A stretch of DNA of 20,000 nt from IMG/VR virus record IMGVR_UViG_3300033993_000240, one strand, 5' to 3'. A model generated the notes under the pieces. The model did not search any database and was not told the origin of the DNA. It saw only the letters and a program-made list of their open reading frames with translations. Positions within the stretch are counted from its first letter, which is position 1. Every line of letters starts with the position of its first letter. Position numbers and translations under genes: made by a program. The stretch is from an uncultured virus (IMG/VR IMGVR_UViG_3300033993_000240). Taxonomy: Duplodnaviria; Heunggongvirae; Uroviricota; Caudoviricetes. This document shows, piece by piece, positions 1-8,736 of this stretch.

Positions 1-27
1 CTACAGTTTGCAAGCTATCTTCTGATC

Positions 28-312
28 ATGGCAACCAAAGACTCAAGACTCGCTCGCGCTGGCGTGGAGGGCTACAACAAGCCAAAACGCACGCCATCGC
101 ACCCAACCAAAAGCCACGTTGTCGTGGCCAAGGCCGGTGACCAAGTGAAGACCATTCGCTTTGGTCAGCAAGGCGTGTCTGGGTCTCCAAAGAAGGAAGG
201 CGAGTCGAAGGCATCCGAGGCTCGTAGAGAATCATTCAAAGCCAGACACGCTGAGAACATTGCCAAAGGCAAGATGAGCGCAGCGTATTGGGCTAATAAG
301 GTCAAGTGGTAA
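28..312 (+). CDS. Small basic conserved phage protein (KTIRFGQQG...FKARH...SAAYWA..KW type)
   Basis: 94 aa Lys/Arg-rich ORF co-oriented with and 3 nt upstream of the gp10-like gene; motif pattern recalled from viral hypothetical proteins. Confidence 0.75.
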   Translation: MATKDSRLARAGVEGYNKPKRTPSHPTKSHVVVAKAGDQVKTIRFGQQGVSGSPKKEGESKASEARRESFKARHAENIAKGKMSAAYWANKVKW

Positions 313-315
313 GCC

Positions 316-1728
316 ATGCAAATACCAATCCTCAACGGCATCTACGCTGACAACACGCCAGAGCTGCGCACCAGTTATCCGGTCAACATGATGCCTGTGC
401 CAAAGAAGTCTGGCATCAGCAATGGATTCCTGCGTCCAGGCGATGGCATTGTGGCTAATGGCACAGGTCCAGGCACTGACCGTGGCGGCATCAACTGGAA
501 TGGTATCTGCTACCGAGTCATGGGCACCAAACTGGTGTCGGTGGCTAGAGATGGTACTGTGACGACTCTTGGCGATGTTGGTGGACCAACCACTGATCTG
601 GTGACGATGGATTACAGCTTCGACTTGCTGGGTATTGCATCAGGTGGCCGACTTTACTTCTGGGACCCAGTTGCATCCACACTCACGCAGAACACCGATC
701 CAGACCTAGGTGTGGTGCTCGACTTCTGCTGGGTAGATGGCTACTTCATGACGACTGATGGTGCCAATTTGGTCGTCACAGAGCTTTCTAATCCATTAGC
801 AGTCAACCCGCTAAAGTACGGCAGCTCAGAAGTTGATCCAGACCCTGTAGTGGCACTCATCAAGCTGCGCAACGAGGTTTATGCGCTCAACAGCAACACC
901 ATTGAGGTGTTCGACAACGTGGGTGGCGACTTGTTTCCATTCGCACGTATTGATGGCGCACAAGTCCAAAAAGGCGTACTTGGAACGCATGCATGTTGCA
1001 TCTTCCTTGATCGCATTGCATTCTTGGGCGGTGGTCGAAACGAAGCTCCATCAATTTACATTGGTGCAGCAGCGACCACCCAAAAACTTAGCACCCAAGA
1101 GATTGACAACCTGTTGTTGCAATATACAGAAGCTCAATTGGTGCGCGTCCAACTAGAAGCACGCAACGACAAGAACCATCTGCACCTTTATGTGCATCTG
1201 CCAGACCGCACCATTGTTTATGACGCATCAGCATCGGAGGCATTGGGCGAGGCGGTCTGGTTTACACTGGCCAGCACTGTGGTCGGCTTTGCGCAATATC
1301 GCGCACGCAACATGGTCTGGATTTACGACAAGTGGTTGGTTGGCGATCCTCAATCCAGCTCCATTGGCTACTTTGTGCAAAGCACTGGTGAGCATTGGGG
1401 CCAGCAAGTTCGCTGGGAATTTGGCACGCTGATCGTCTACAACGAAAGCAATGGCGCAATTTTCAATGAGATGGAGCTGGTCAGCTTAACAGGCAGCGTG
1501 GCCTTGGGAACAAACCCACAGATCAGCACCAGCTACAGCGTGGATGGCAAGTCATGGAGTCAAGATCGCAGTATCACAGTTGGCACAATTGGAAACACCG
1601 TCAAGCGCCTGGCATGGTTTCAGCAAGGCCACATGCGCAACTGGAGAATCCAGCGTTTCCGTGGTGACAGCGATGCTCACGTGTCGTTCATCCGTCTTGA
1701 AGCCCAGATCGAGGCATTGGCATTCTGA
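316..1728 (+). CDS. Packaged-DNA stabilisation / tail hub protein, P22 gp10-like
   Basis: 470 aa beta-rich protein starting MQIPILNG; motifs YPVNMMPVPK, GYF, SSEVDPDPVV, SxDGxxWS, RNWRIQRFR; size and position match P22 gp10. Confidence 0.88.
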   Translation: MQIPILNGIYADNTPELRTSYPVNMMPVPKKSGISNGFLRPGDGIVANGTGPGTDRGGINWNGICYRVMGTKLVSVARDGTVTTLGDVGGPTTDLVTMDYSFDLLGIASGGRLYFWDPVASTLTQNTDPDLGVVLDFCWVDGYFMTTDGANLVVTELSNPLAVNPLKYGSSEVDPDPVVALIKLRNEVYALNSNTIEVFDNVGGDLFPFARIDGAQVQKGVLGTHACCIFLDRIAFLGGGRNEAPSIYIGAAATTQKLSTQEIDNLLLQYTEAQLVRVQLEARNDKNHLHLYVHLPDRTIVYDASASEALGEAVWFTLASTVVGFAQYRARNMVWIYDKWLVGDPQSSSIGYFVQSTGEHWGQQVRWEFGTLIVYNESNGAIFNEMELVSLTGSVALGTNPQISTSYSVDGKSWSQDRSITVGTIGNTVKRLAWFQQGHMRNWRIQRFRGDSDAHVSFIRLEAQIEALAF

Positions 1729-2150
1729 TGGCAACCTCACCTGTTTCCCGCAGATTGAACTTGACGCGAGATCAGCTCGCAACGTTTCTGACTGACCAGC
1801 AACAGATCAGGCAGTTTGAATTGCTGTTTGCTACTGTTGATGAAATTCAGGTTATCACAGGAACTGACTTTGAGTACCAGGCAGACACCGCAGCGGCAAA
1901 CGCCAACAATGCACTAGCCCAGATTAGTGCGCTGGCGCAGGATACAGCAGTAGATGACGCTGTACTGAATGCCAAGATTCAGCAGGCTTTGGATGCTATT
2001 CCACGATTGGCCCAAGCATTGGACTTGCTTGCACTAGCACCTGTGCGCAACAATATCGAACTGGCACACGATGTGAATGGCATCCTGCCTTATGCAAACC
2101 AAACCGCCTCAGTGCGATCTAATCAGGTGCTCACATGGCTTTCGATGTAA
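1728..2150 (+). CDS. Putative tail needle/plug stalk (gp26 position), coiled coil
   Basis: TGATG overlap with gp10-like gene; Ala/Leu heptads (ADTAAANANNALAQISALAQ); DVNGILPYAN fibre-like motif near C-terminus. Function inferred from synteny. Confidence 0.55.
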   Translation: MATSPVSRRLNLTRDQLATFLTDQQQIRQFELLFATVDEIQVITGTDFEYQADTAAANANNALAQISALAQDTAVDDAVLNAKIQQALDAIPRLAQALDLLALAPVRNNIELAHDVNGILPYANQTASVRSNQVLTWLSM

Positions 2151-2470
2151 TTACACCCGCAAAACTTGGCCAAGCGGCCATCACCACAGGCGTGACAACG
2201 CTGTACACCGTACCGGCCAGCACACGCACGCTTCTTAAAGAGTTAAGCATTGCCAACACTACGGCAGCGGCCATCAATGTGCGCGTGTTCTTGGTGCCAT
2301 CGGCAGGATCAGCAGGAACTGGCAACGCATTCCTATACGATGTGCCAGTACCAGGCAACAACACTCTGCAATATAACGGCATCGAGGTGCTGAACGCAGG
2401 CGACACAATCCAAATTCAGGCAGCATCGGCAGGCCTCACAATCATCGCCAGCGGTGGCGAAGCCACATAA
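2135..2470 (+). CDS. Small beta-rich virion protein, paralog 1
   Basis: 111 aa; AGGTG upstream of ATG; TLYTVP...NTT...LTIIASGGEAT pattern shared with next ORF. Confidence 0.7.
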   Translation: MAFDVITPAKLGQAAITTGVTTLYTVPASTRTLLKELSIANTTAAAINVRVFLVPSAGSAGTGNAFLYDVPVPGNNTLQYNGIEVLNAGDTIQIQAASAGLTIIASGGEAT

Positions 2471-2480
2471 GGAGAATGAA

Positions 2481-2816
2481 ATGACCGTATCAATCAAGGT
2501 TCTGATCCCACCAAAACAGGCCGAAAATGCCCAGACCACGCAGTACACAGCAGTGAACTGCAAGGCGCTGATCGACAAGTTCACGGCCACCAATACCACG
2601 GCAGGCAATGTGACGATCAGCGTTAATCTGGTGACCAGTGGTGGCGCAGCTGGCGCATCCAACTTGATTGTGGACACTCGCAGCATTGCACCTGATGAGA
2701 CCTACACATTCCCAGAGTTGGTTGGTCAGGCACTGGAATCAGGCAGTTTTATCAGCACCATTGCCAGCGCAGCTACATCACTGACCATCCGCGCATCTGG
2801 CCGCGAAATCACTTAA
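2481..2816 (+). CDS. Small beta-rich virion protein, paralog 2
   Basis: Start reassigned to ATG 2481 after AAGGAG; 111 aa; TQYTA...NTT...LTIRASGREIT. Confidence 0.72.
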   Translation: MTVSIKVLIPPKQAENAQTTQYTAVNCKALIDKFTATNTTAGNVTISVNLVTSGGAAGASNLIVDTRSIAPDETYTFPELVGQALESGSFISTIASAATSLTIRASGREIT

Positions 2817-2826
2817 GGAGAACAGC

Positions 2827-3228
2827 ATGGACAAATTTATGATGATGCCAAAGGGATTCATGGGCCTACCAATGGATGAAGAATTCATCACCACGGCAGA
2901 AAACAAGAAGAACACCCAGATCGTTATTGACGACTGGATGCTTGGCCCAGAGAACCCAAGCAACGAGCCAACGGCCAACAAGACCTACTGGATCGCTGTG
3001 GGCAAAGCCATGCAAGTGGACGAAAAAGAGTCTCGTCGTCGTCGCTGCTCGAACTGCGAGTACTACGACAACAGCACCATGACGCAGGCTAAGATGGAGC
3101 GCATTCCCCGCAATGATTGGGATACTGATGCTGGTTTCCGTGGTTACTGCACAAAATTCGAGTTCATTTGCCACGACCTGCGTGTCTGCCAGGCATGGGA
3201 AGAACGTGAATTTGAAATGGAAGATTGA
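2827..3228 (+). CDS. Cys-rich putative metal-binding phage protein
   Basis: AAGGAG RBS; CSNC...GYC...FIC...VCQAW, five Cys in the C-terminal half. Confidence 0.75.
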   Translation: MDKFMMMPKGFMGLPMDEEFITTAENKKNTQIVIDDWMLGPENPSNEPTANKTYWIAVGKAMQVDEKESRRRRCSNCEYYDNSTMTQAKMERIPRNDWDTDAGFRGYCTKFEFICHDLRVCQAWEEREFEMED

Positions 3229-3253
3229 CCAAATGCTGAAATGTGGGAAAATA

Positions 3254-3304
3254 GAGCCGCTGAGTCTATCGGGCCACCAGCAGCTCACCCTTAACAGGAG
3301 TTGC
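3254..3304 (+). promoter_or_regulatory. Candidate cis-regulatory RNA with two mutually exclusive stems, one covering the RBS
   Basis: GAGC-c-GCTG (3254-3262) can pair with CAGC-a-GCTC (3278-3286); alternatively GCAGCTC (3280-3286) pairs with GAGTTGC (3298-3304), overlapping AGGAG (3296-3300). Weak promoter-like TTGACC (3225-3230)...TGgGAAAAT (3244-3252) upstream. Confidence 0.4.
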
Positions 3305-3306
3305 AC

Positions 3307-3756
3307 ATGATTGGTATCGATTGGCTCAAGGAGAACCTGCAAAGGGTTTTCATGTTGCCTGCGCCAGTCGTGGAATGGCTCGTCATGGTATACGATGCCA
3401 TTCAGGTGTTTGACGATGTTGCCGATGGCGACACGGTTGATCGCAAAGACCTGAATGCGACCATCTGGAACACAATGGTGGGCATGCATCAAAACCAATT
3501 TTTTATTACAAACAGCCACCACCTTGTGCCATTGCTGGCAACAGCAATCATGAAGTGGCAAGCCTCCGACCAAGCAGAGCGTGCAGGTGAGGCCGATGCC
3601 AGATCATTCGTCTGGCGAGCAGGCTACTATGACCTGATTTTGATGGCCATATCGCTTACGCATGGCCCAGGCTTTGCCACAAAAAATGCTCATCTGGTCA
3701 TGGATTTATATGGCGAGAAATTTGAAGACTACATGAAGGAGTTCGGCAATGCCTGA
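3307..3756 (+). CDS. All-alpha protein with DDxxD motif (isoprenoid-synthase-like fold suspected)
   Basis: Start at ATG 3307 after AGGAG; FDDVADGD follows a hydrophobic helix; occupies the P22 gp14 slot ahead of ejection genes. Confidence 0.7.
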   Translation: MIGIDWLKENLQRVFMLPAPVVEWLVMVYDAIQVFDDVADGDTVDRKDLNATIWNTMVGMHQNQFFITNSHHLVPLLATAIMKWQASDQAERAGEADARSFVWRAGYYDLILMAISLTHGPGFATKNAHLVMDLYGEKFEDYMKEFGNA

Positions 3757-4399
3757 TCCAGTCACAGCCTTAGTTGTTGGTGGAAGCCAACTCATTGGAA
3801 GTTCAATGCAAGCCAGCGCTGCTGGTGAAGCCGCAGGCATTCAAGCCGGTGCAGCCCAACAAGGCATTGAAGAACAGCGCAGGCAATTCGATGCTTTGCA
3901 AACATTACTCAAGCCTTATACCGAGGCAGGTCTGCCAGCACTTGAAGCACAGCAAGCATTCCTTGGTCTCAAAGGGCCAGAAGCAGAACGTGCGGCAATT
4001 GAGCGCATCACAGGTGGTGAGACATTCCAAGCGCTTGCCGGTCAAGGCGAGGAAGCATTGCTTCAGCGTGCATCGGCCACTGGTGGCCTGCGTGGTGGAA
4101 ACATCCAAGGCGCACTGGCTCAGTTTAGACCAGCATTGCTTTCCAGCCTCATTGAACAGCAATATGGCCGCTTAGGTGGTATGACACAGTTGGGTCAGCG
4201 ATCTGCTGCTGGTGTTGGCGCTGCTGGCATGGAGTCAGGTGTCAATGTGGCCAATCTACTATCACAGCAAGGCGCAGCCAGAGCCGGTGGTGAACTTGGC
4301 GAGGCCAAAGCCTATGGCCAACTATTCAATTTGCCAGCTCAGTTCCTTGGTATGCAAATGGGCGCAGGCGGTAAGGCTGGCATGGGATTTGGGTTCTAA
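3749..4399 (+). CDS. DNA ejection/transfer protein, P22 gp7-like
   Basis: 216 aa Gly/Ala/Gln-rich; LKPYTEAGLPAL and ASATGGLRGGNIQGALAQFRP motifs as in gp7-like proteins; AAGGAG RBS. Confidence 0.82.
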   Translation: MPDPVTALVVGGSQLIGSSMQASAAGEAAGIQAGAAQQGIEEQRRQFDALQTLLKPYTEAGLPALEAQQAFLGLKGPEAERAAIERITGGETFQALAGQGEEALLQRASATGGLRGGNIQGALAQFRPALLSSLIEQQYGRLGGMTQLGQRSAAGVGAAGMESGVNVANLLSQQGAARAGGELGEAKAYGQLFNLPAQFLGMQMGAGGKAGMGFGF

Positions 4400-4410
4400 A
4401 GGATAACAAC

Positions 4411-5844
4411 ATGGCAATCATCAACCCATTCCAAGCACCAATCAACTACGCAGTCGATGTGCAAAGCCCATTTGAGGCCGCACTTGGTGGATTCAAAATT
4501 GGCGCAGCTGGTGCAGAAGCACAGGCACAAGCACAAGCACGTGAGCAGGCAATGAAAGCGCAGACAGAACTGAAAACTTTGTTCAGTAACCCCAATGCAA
4601 CAGCCTCAGACTATGCGCGTGTCACAGCTTTCTTGCCTAAAGATCAGGCAGAAAGCGTGAGAAAGTCGTTTGACATGATGTCAGCTTCTCAACAGCAAAA
4701 CCGACTGCAACAGTCTGGACAAGTTTATGCGGCCATGAAATCTGGCCAAACTGACATTGCAAAAAACCTGCTTAAAGAACAGGCAGACGCATTCCGCAAT
4801 TCTGGCCGTGAGCAAGAAGCCAAAGCAACCGAGACCTATGTTCAACTGATTGACATGAATCCTACTGGTGCGCAGACAACCATTGGACTGATGATGGCCA
4901 CACTGCCTGGTGGAAAAGAACTGCTTGAGAATGTCGACAAGACATTATCAACAGGCAGAGAAGAAGCCAAAGCGCCAGCTGCACTGCTTGAGGCAAGAGC
5001 AAAGGCTGACAAAGCCGTAGCAGATGCCACCACAGCACAGGCCACAGCCACCAATGCAGCAGAAAAAGCAGCAGCAGATGCAGCCAAAGCAACGGCAGAC
5101 GCACAAAAAGCGCAGGTCGATGCCAAATTTGCAGAACAAATCACACTTGCAGACCTTAAAAAGAAAGCTGCTGATCTTGGTTTAACAAATGCACAAACTG
5201 GTTCGGCATTGGCACAAACCAAAAAACTTGGTCTGGAAAGTCAAAAAGCCGCACTCGAACTGGAAGCACTCAAATCCACTGGTGGCCTTGACCCCACCAA
5301 AACATTTGAGCAGGAAGAAAAACTGCGCAAGGAATTCCAAGGTCGCACCAAGGTGTATGGCGAACTAGGCACCACATTCAACAACATCAAGTCTTCGGCA
5401 GAAGCAAAGAACGGCCCAGGCGACATTGCACTGATCACTGGATTCATGAAAATGCTCGATCCAGGATCAGTGGTGCGTGAGACAGAATTTGCAACAGCAC
5501 GCGATACCGCAGGCCTGTACGAAAGACTCCTCAACACATCACAAAAACTGCAAAGCGGTCAGCTTTTTGCGCTTGATTCAAAACAGCGCCAAGAATATGT
5601 CAATCTGGCCAAGCAATATCTTGACTCAGCCCAGAAAAAAGCAGGCGAAGACAAGACTGCGCTTGGCGTGGTAGTCAAAAACTATCGACTCAACCCAGAA
5701 AACGTGTTTGGGCCTGAGACAGCGGCAGCGCCAACTGCACCAGCAGCAAACAGCGTCACAGTCGGTGGCCAGACTTACACTCGTCCTGCGAATTTCACTG
5801 ATGCTCAGTGGAACGCATACAAGCAATCCGTGGGGGCAAGATGA
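4411..5844 (+). CDS. DNA ejection protein, gp20-like position
   Basis: 477 aa helical Ala/Gln/Lys-rich, Cys-free; KMLDPGSVVRETEF motif recalled from phage ejection proteins; lies between gp7-like and gp16-like genes. Confidence 0.7.
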   Translation: MAIINPFQAPINYAVDVQSPFEAALGGFKIGAAGAEAQAQAQAREQAMKAQTELKTLFSNPNATASDYARVTAFLPKDQAESVRKSFDMMSASQQQNRLQQSGQVYAAMKSGQTDIAKNLLKEQADAFRNSGREQEAKATETYVQLIDMNPTGAQTTIGLMMATLPGGKELLENVDKTLSTGREEAKAPAALLEARAKADKAVADATTAQATATNAAEKAAADAAKATADAQKAQVDAKFAEQITLADLKKKAADLGLTNAQTGSALAQTKKLGLESQKAALELEALKSTGGLDPTKTFEQEEKLRKEFQGRTKVYGELGTTFNNIKSSAEAKNGPGDIALITGFMKMLDPGSVVRETEFATARDTAGLYERLLNTSQKLQSGQLFALDSKQRQEYVNLAKQYLDSAQKKAGEDKTALGVVVKNYRLNPENVFGPETAAAPTAPAANSVTVGGQTYTRPANFTDAQWNAYKQSVGAR

Positions 5845-8240
5845 GTCCAGAAGAATGGTTGGCATCACAGAGTAGTCAGGCTGCACCAGCAGCTCCTGCA
5901 TCTGCACCTACGGCCACAGCACCAGCTGCGGCTCCAATGTCACCTGAGCAGTGGGCGGCATCACAACCCAAAATGGGCTTCTTTGAAGGCCTAGTCGAAC
6001 AGGTCACTGGCCGCGCACGCGCAACACCTGAAACTCAGGCATTGCCTGAATGGACAAGCATGCCAGAGCTGAATCAAATGAGCGTGGCATCGTTCAAGAC
6101 AGCATTGGGCACACTCCTGAGCAACCCCAAGGAAACGGTGCAGATTTTGCAAGCCAACTTCCCTGGTGTTCAGATTCGCCAAGATGCTAAGGGTAACTAC
6201 CTGATGCGCTCGTCGGTTGATCAAAAAGAGTATGCCATCCCGCCAGGCTTCACGATGGGTGACATTCCCCGCGCAGCTGGTGGTATTGCAGCCTTCACAC
6301 CAGCAGGCCGAGCCATGACCATCCCTGGTGCGATCGTGGCTGGTGGCGCAACTCAAGCGGCCATCGAAGCAAGCCAAGCGGCAACTGGTGGAAAGTTCGA
6401 CACTGGCGAGGTGGTCACAGCAGCAGTCACAGGCCCAGCAGGGCAGATTTTGCAGCGTGTGGCACCTCCGGTCGTCCAAGCGGTCAAAAAAGGCGTACAG
6501 CGAGTCACAGGCAAAGCACCAGCACCTGCGATAGCACCAGGCGCACCTATGGGCACAGCAATGGCTCCAAAGGCACCTCCAGTCGCTACTGCACCTGAGA
6601 TGCCACCAACTGCACCAGAAGCGCCTCCAGCAGCAATGCCAGAAGTGACACCAACAGCCCCAGAGATTCCAGTCGCACCAACTGCGCCAGTAGTGACAGA
6701 AGTGGCCGAGGAAGAAGTCGGAAAGCTGGTCAAGCAGGCAGCAGGAACAGGCTTTGGTTCAGCTGGCGCACGAGACCGGCTGGCCGATCTTGCACAAGTC
6801 AATGTAACAGCCAAAGAAGCCGCAGATCGTCTTGGCATCCAACTACCTGCTGATGTGTTCAGCGACAACCCACAAGTCCGAGCAGCCGCAGGCCTAACCA
6901 GATCAGCCGCAGGTAGCGAGGCCGAGGCTTTATGGCGCAACACCGTCACGCAAGCCGTGGACAAGGCCGACGATGTGATCAAACAATTTGATGCCACATT
7001 TGTTGAAGGCGCAGTCGCACCTGGCGTGGTATCGCAAAAGATTAAAGACTCACTGACTGCGACTCGTTCAGACCTCAATGCGCAGGCAAGCAAGGTCTAC
7101 AACGCAGTCGATGAAGTGGTGCCAAAGACATCGGTGGTCGATCTGCCAAAGCTCAAACAAACCCTTGACATTGTCAAGGCCGAGGTTGGCGAAAAAGGAA
7201 TGTCGGCAGCCGAGCGAAATCTGGCCAAAATGATCGAGGAAGGCAACATCACGTATGGTCGACTCAAGCGCGAGAAAACCCTTATTGGCAACGCCATCAA
7301 CAAGATGGAGTCACCATACGGCAGCATGGCCGAGGCAGACCTCAAGCGCCTGTATGCGGCACTCGCTGACGACCAACTGACAAACGTGGGCAACATTGGT
7401 GGCGAGGAACTGCGCCAGCAACTGCGTGCGGCCAACCTGTTGTACGCAAAAGAGCGTGCATTGGGCAATCGCATCGTGAATGCGTTTGGCCAAGATATCG
7501 AGGGCAGCGTGGCCAACAAGATGCGCACAGCCATCACTGGTGCTGCCAAAGGTGATGCTGGCGAGTTCAATCGCCTGCTAAAAACCGTCCCAGAAGACCT
7601 GCGCAAAGAAACAATTGCTACCGCGCTGGCATCTGTCACGCGCTCGGCCAGAGGAGCTGAAAAAGGTGGCTTTGGATTTTCAGAGTTTGCCGACATTTAT
7701 CCAAAACTGCGTGCAAACCCACCAGTTTACAAAACCATCGTTGACACACTTGGAAAAGACTCAGCTGACGTATTGCGCGACTTGTACGAGGTTTCTAAGC
7801 GCGTCACAGAAGCCAGAGCCAATGTCCTGACCACAGGCAAAGCAAACCAAGCATTGCTGCAAGGCATGCAGGCCGAAAGCCTAATTGGTAAGGTTATGGA
7901 GAGCACGCTGGCCAAGGGCGCATTGACTGGTGCAGCTGCTGTGGGTGGTCCTATCGCAGCCGCAGCCACATCTGTGCTCACCGGAGCCATGACACAAGGC
8001 AACAAGGATTCACTCAAAGCAGCAGGAAAACTGTTCGCTGATGAGAACTTTCAGAAACTTGCCATCGAAGCTGCGACCAAAGGAACACCAAGCGCAGCTA
8101 GTATTCGTCGCACAGCCATGTCACAATCCTTCCAGAAATTTGCAGATGCAGCAAAACTGCCAAAAGCATTGGACGCAAGAATTCAATGGTTGCAGACAGC
8201 AACCCAAGCCGAGCGACAATTCGACCAGGAGAACCAATAA
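5841..8240 (+). CDS. Large DNA ejection protein, gp16-like position
   Basis: Start reassigned to ATG 5841 (ATGA overlap); ~799 aa helical, Cys-free, with Gly/Ala hydrophobic segments and Pro/Ala linkers; directly precedes head-binding gene. Confidence 0.72.
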   Translation: MSPEEWLASQSSQAAPAAPASAPTATAPAAAPMSPEQWAASQPKMGFFEGLVEQVTGRARATPETQALPEWTSMPELNQMSVASFKTALGTLLSNPKETVQILQANFPGVQIRQDAKGNYLMRSSVDQKEYAIPPGFTMGDIPRAAGGIAAFTPAGRAMTIPGAIVAGGATQAAIEASQAATGGKFDTGEVVTAAVTGPAGQILQRVAPPVVQAVKKGVQRVTGKAPAPAIAPGAPMGTAMAPKAPPVATAPEMPPTAPEAPPAAMPEVTPTAPEIPVAPTAPVVTEVAEEEVGKLVKQAAGTGFGSAGARDRLADLAQVNVTAKEAADRLGIQLPADVFSDNPQVRAAAGLTRSAAGSEAEALWRNTVTQAVDKADDVIKQFDATFVEGAVAPGVVSQKIKDSLTATRSDLNAQASKVYNAVDEVVPKTSVVDLPKLKQTLDIVKAEVGEKGMSAAERNLAKMIEEGNITYGRLKREKTLIGNAINKMESPYGSMAEADLKRLYAALADDQLTNVGNIGGEELRQQLRAANLLYAKERALGNRIVNAFGQDIEGSVANKMRTAITGAAKGDAGEFNRLLKTVPEDLRKETIATALASVTRSARGAEKGGFGFSEFADIYPKLRANPPVYKTIVDTLGKDSADVLRDLYEVSKRVTEARANVLTTGKANQALLQGMQAESLIGKVMESTLAKGALTGAAAVGGPIAAAATSVLTGAMTQGNKDSLKAAGKLFADENFQKLAIEAATKGTPSAASIRRTAMSQSFQKFADAAKLPKALDARIQWLQTATQAERQFDQENQ

Positions 8241-8726
8241 ATGTCCACGATTGAAGTTCAACCACCATACCCAGCATTTGCTGGCGCTGACGGTCAGCCG
8301 TTGGAGAATGGTTATATCTGGATTGGGACGGTTAATCTGTCTCCACAGACAAATCCGATTAGCGTCTATTGGGATGCAGCCAATACCATTGCAGCACCTC
8401 AACCTATTCGCACATTGAATGGCTACCCATCACGCAACGGTACACCTGCGCGCTTCTACGTTGCCAGCGACTACAGCATTCAAGTTCTGGATTCCAAAGG
8501 AAGCGTGGTATATACATCACTCAATGACAATTTGTCTGGTAATGGATTTGTAGCATCAAACGCGACTGGCAATGGTGTGCAGACGATATTTGCGGTCTCA
8601 TCTGTGCCAAGTGCAATTTTCATCAATGGCGTGTACCAGAACCAAAACACTTACACAGTGTCTGGCGGTAATGTGACATTCAGCCAAGCACCCCCATTCA
8701 ATTCGGTGATTGAATTCTTGATTTAA
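8241..8726 (+). CDS. Stand-alone tailspike head-binding domain plus small C-terminal adaptor domain
   Basis: GQPLENGYIWIG...NPISVYWD...QPIRT...YSIQVLDSKG resembles the P22 tailspike N-terminal head-binding domain; C-terminal GNGVQTIF...INGVYQ...VTFSQAPP module; only 161 aa. Confidence 0.8.
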   Translation: MSTIEVQPPYPAFAGADGQPLENGYIWIGTVNLSPQTNPISVYWDAANTIAAPQPIRTLNGYPSRNGTPARFYVASDYSIQVLDSKGSVVYTSLNDNLSGNGFVASNATGNGVQTIFAVSSVPSAIFINGVYQNQNTYTVSGGNVTFSQAPPFNSVIEFLI

Positions 8727-8736
8727 GGAGAACAGA

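Noticed and set aside
2120..2150. Programmed frameshift fusing the stalk ORF to the next ORF
   Set aside because: No canonical slippery heptamer in the 16-nt overlap; downstream ATG has its own AGGTG.
2866..3573. 235-aa minus-strand ORF across two late genes
   Set aside because: Antisense to two RBS-bearing genes, with no recognisable motifs.
4842..7696. Long antisense ORFs (4842-5222, 6353-7093, 7097-7696)
   Set aside because: Shadow frames of Ala-rich ejection genes; no RBS, low-complexity translations.
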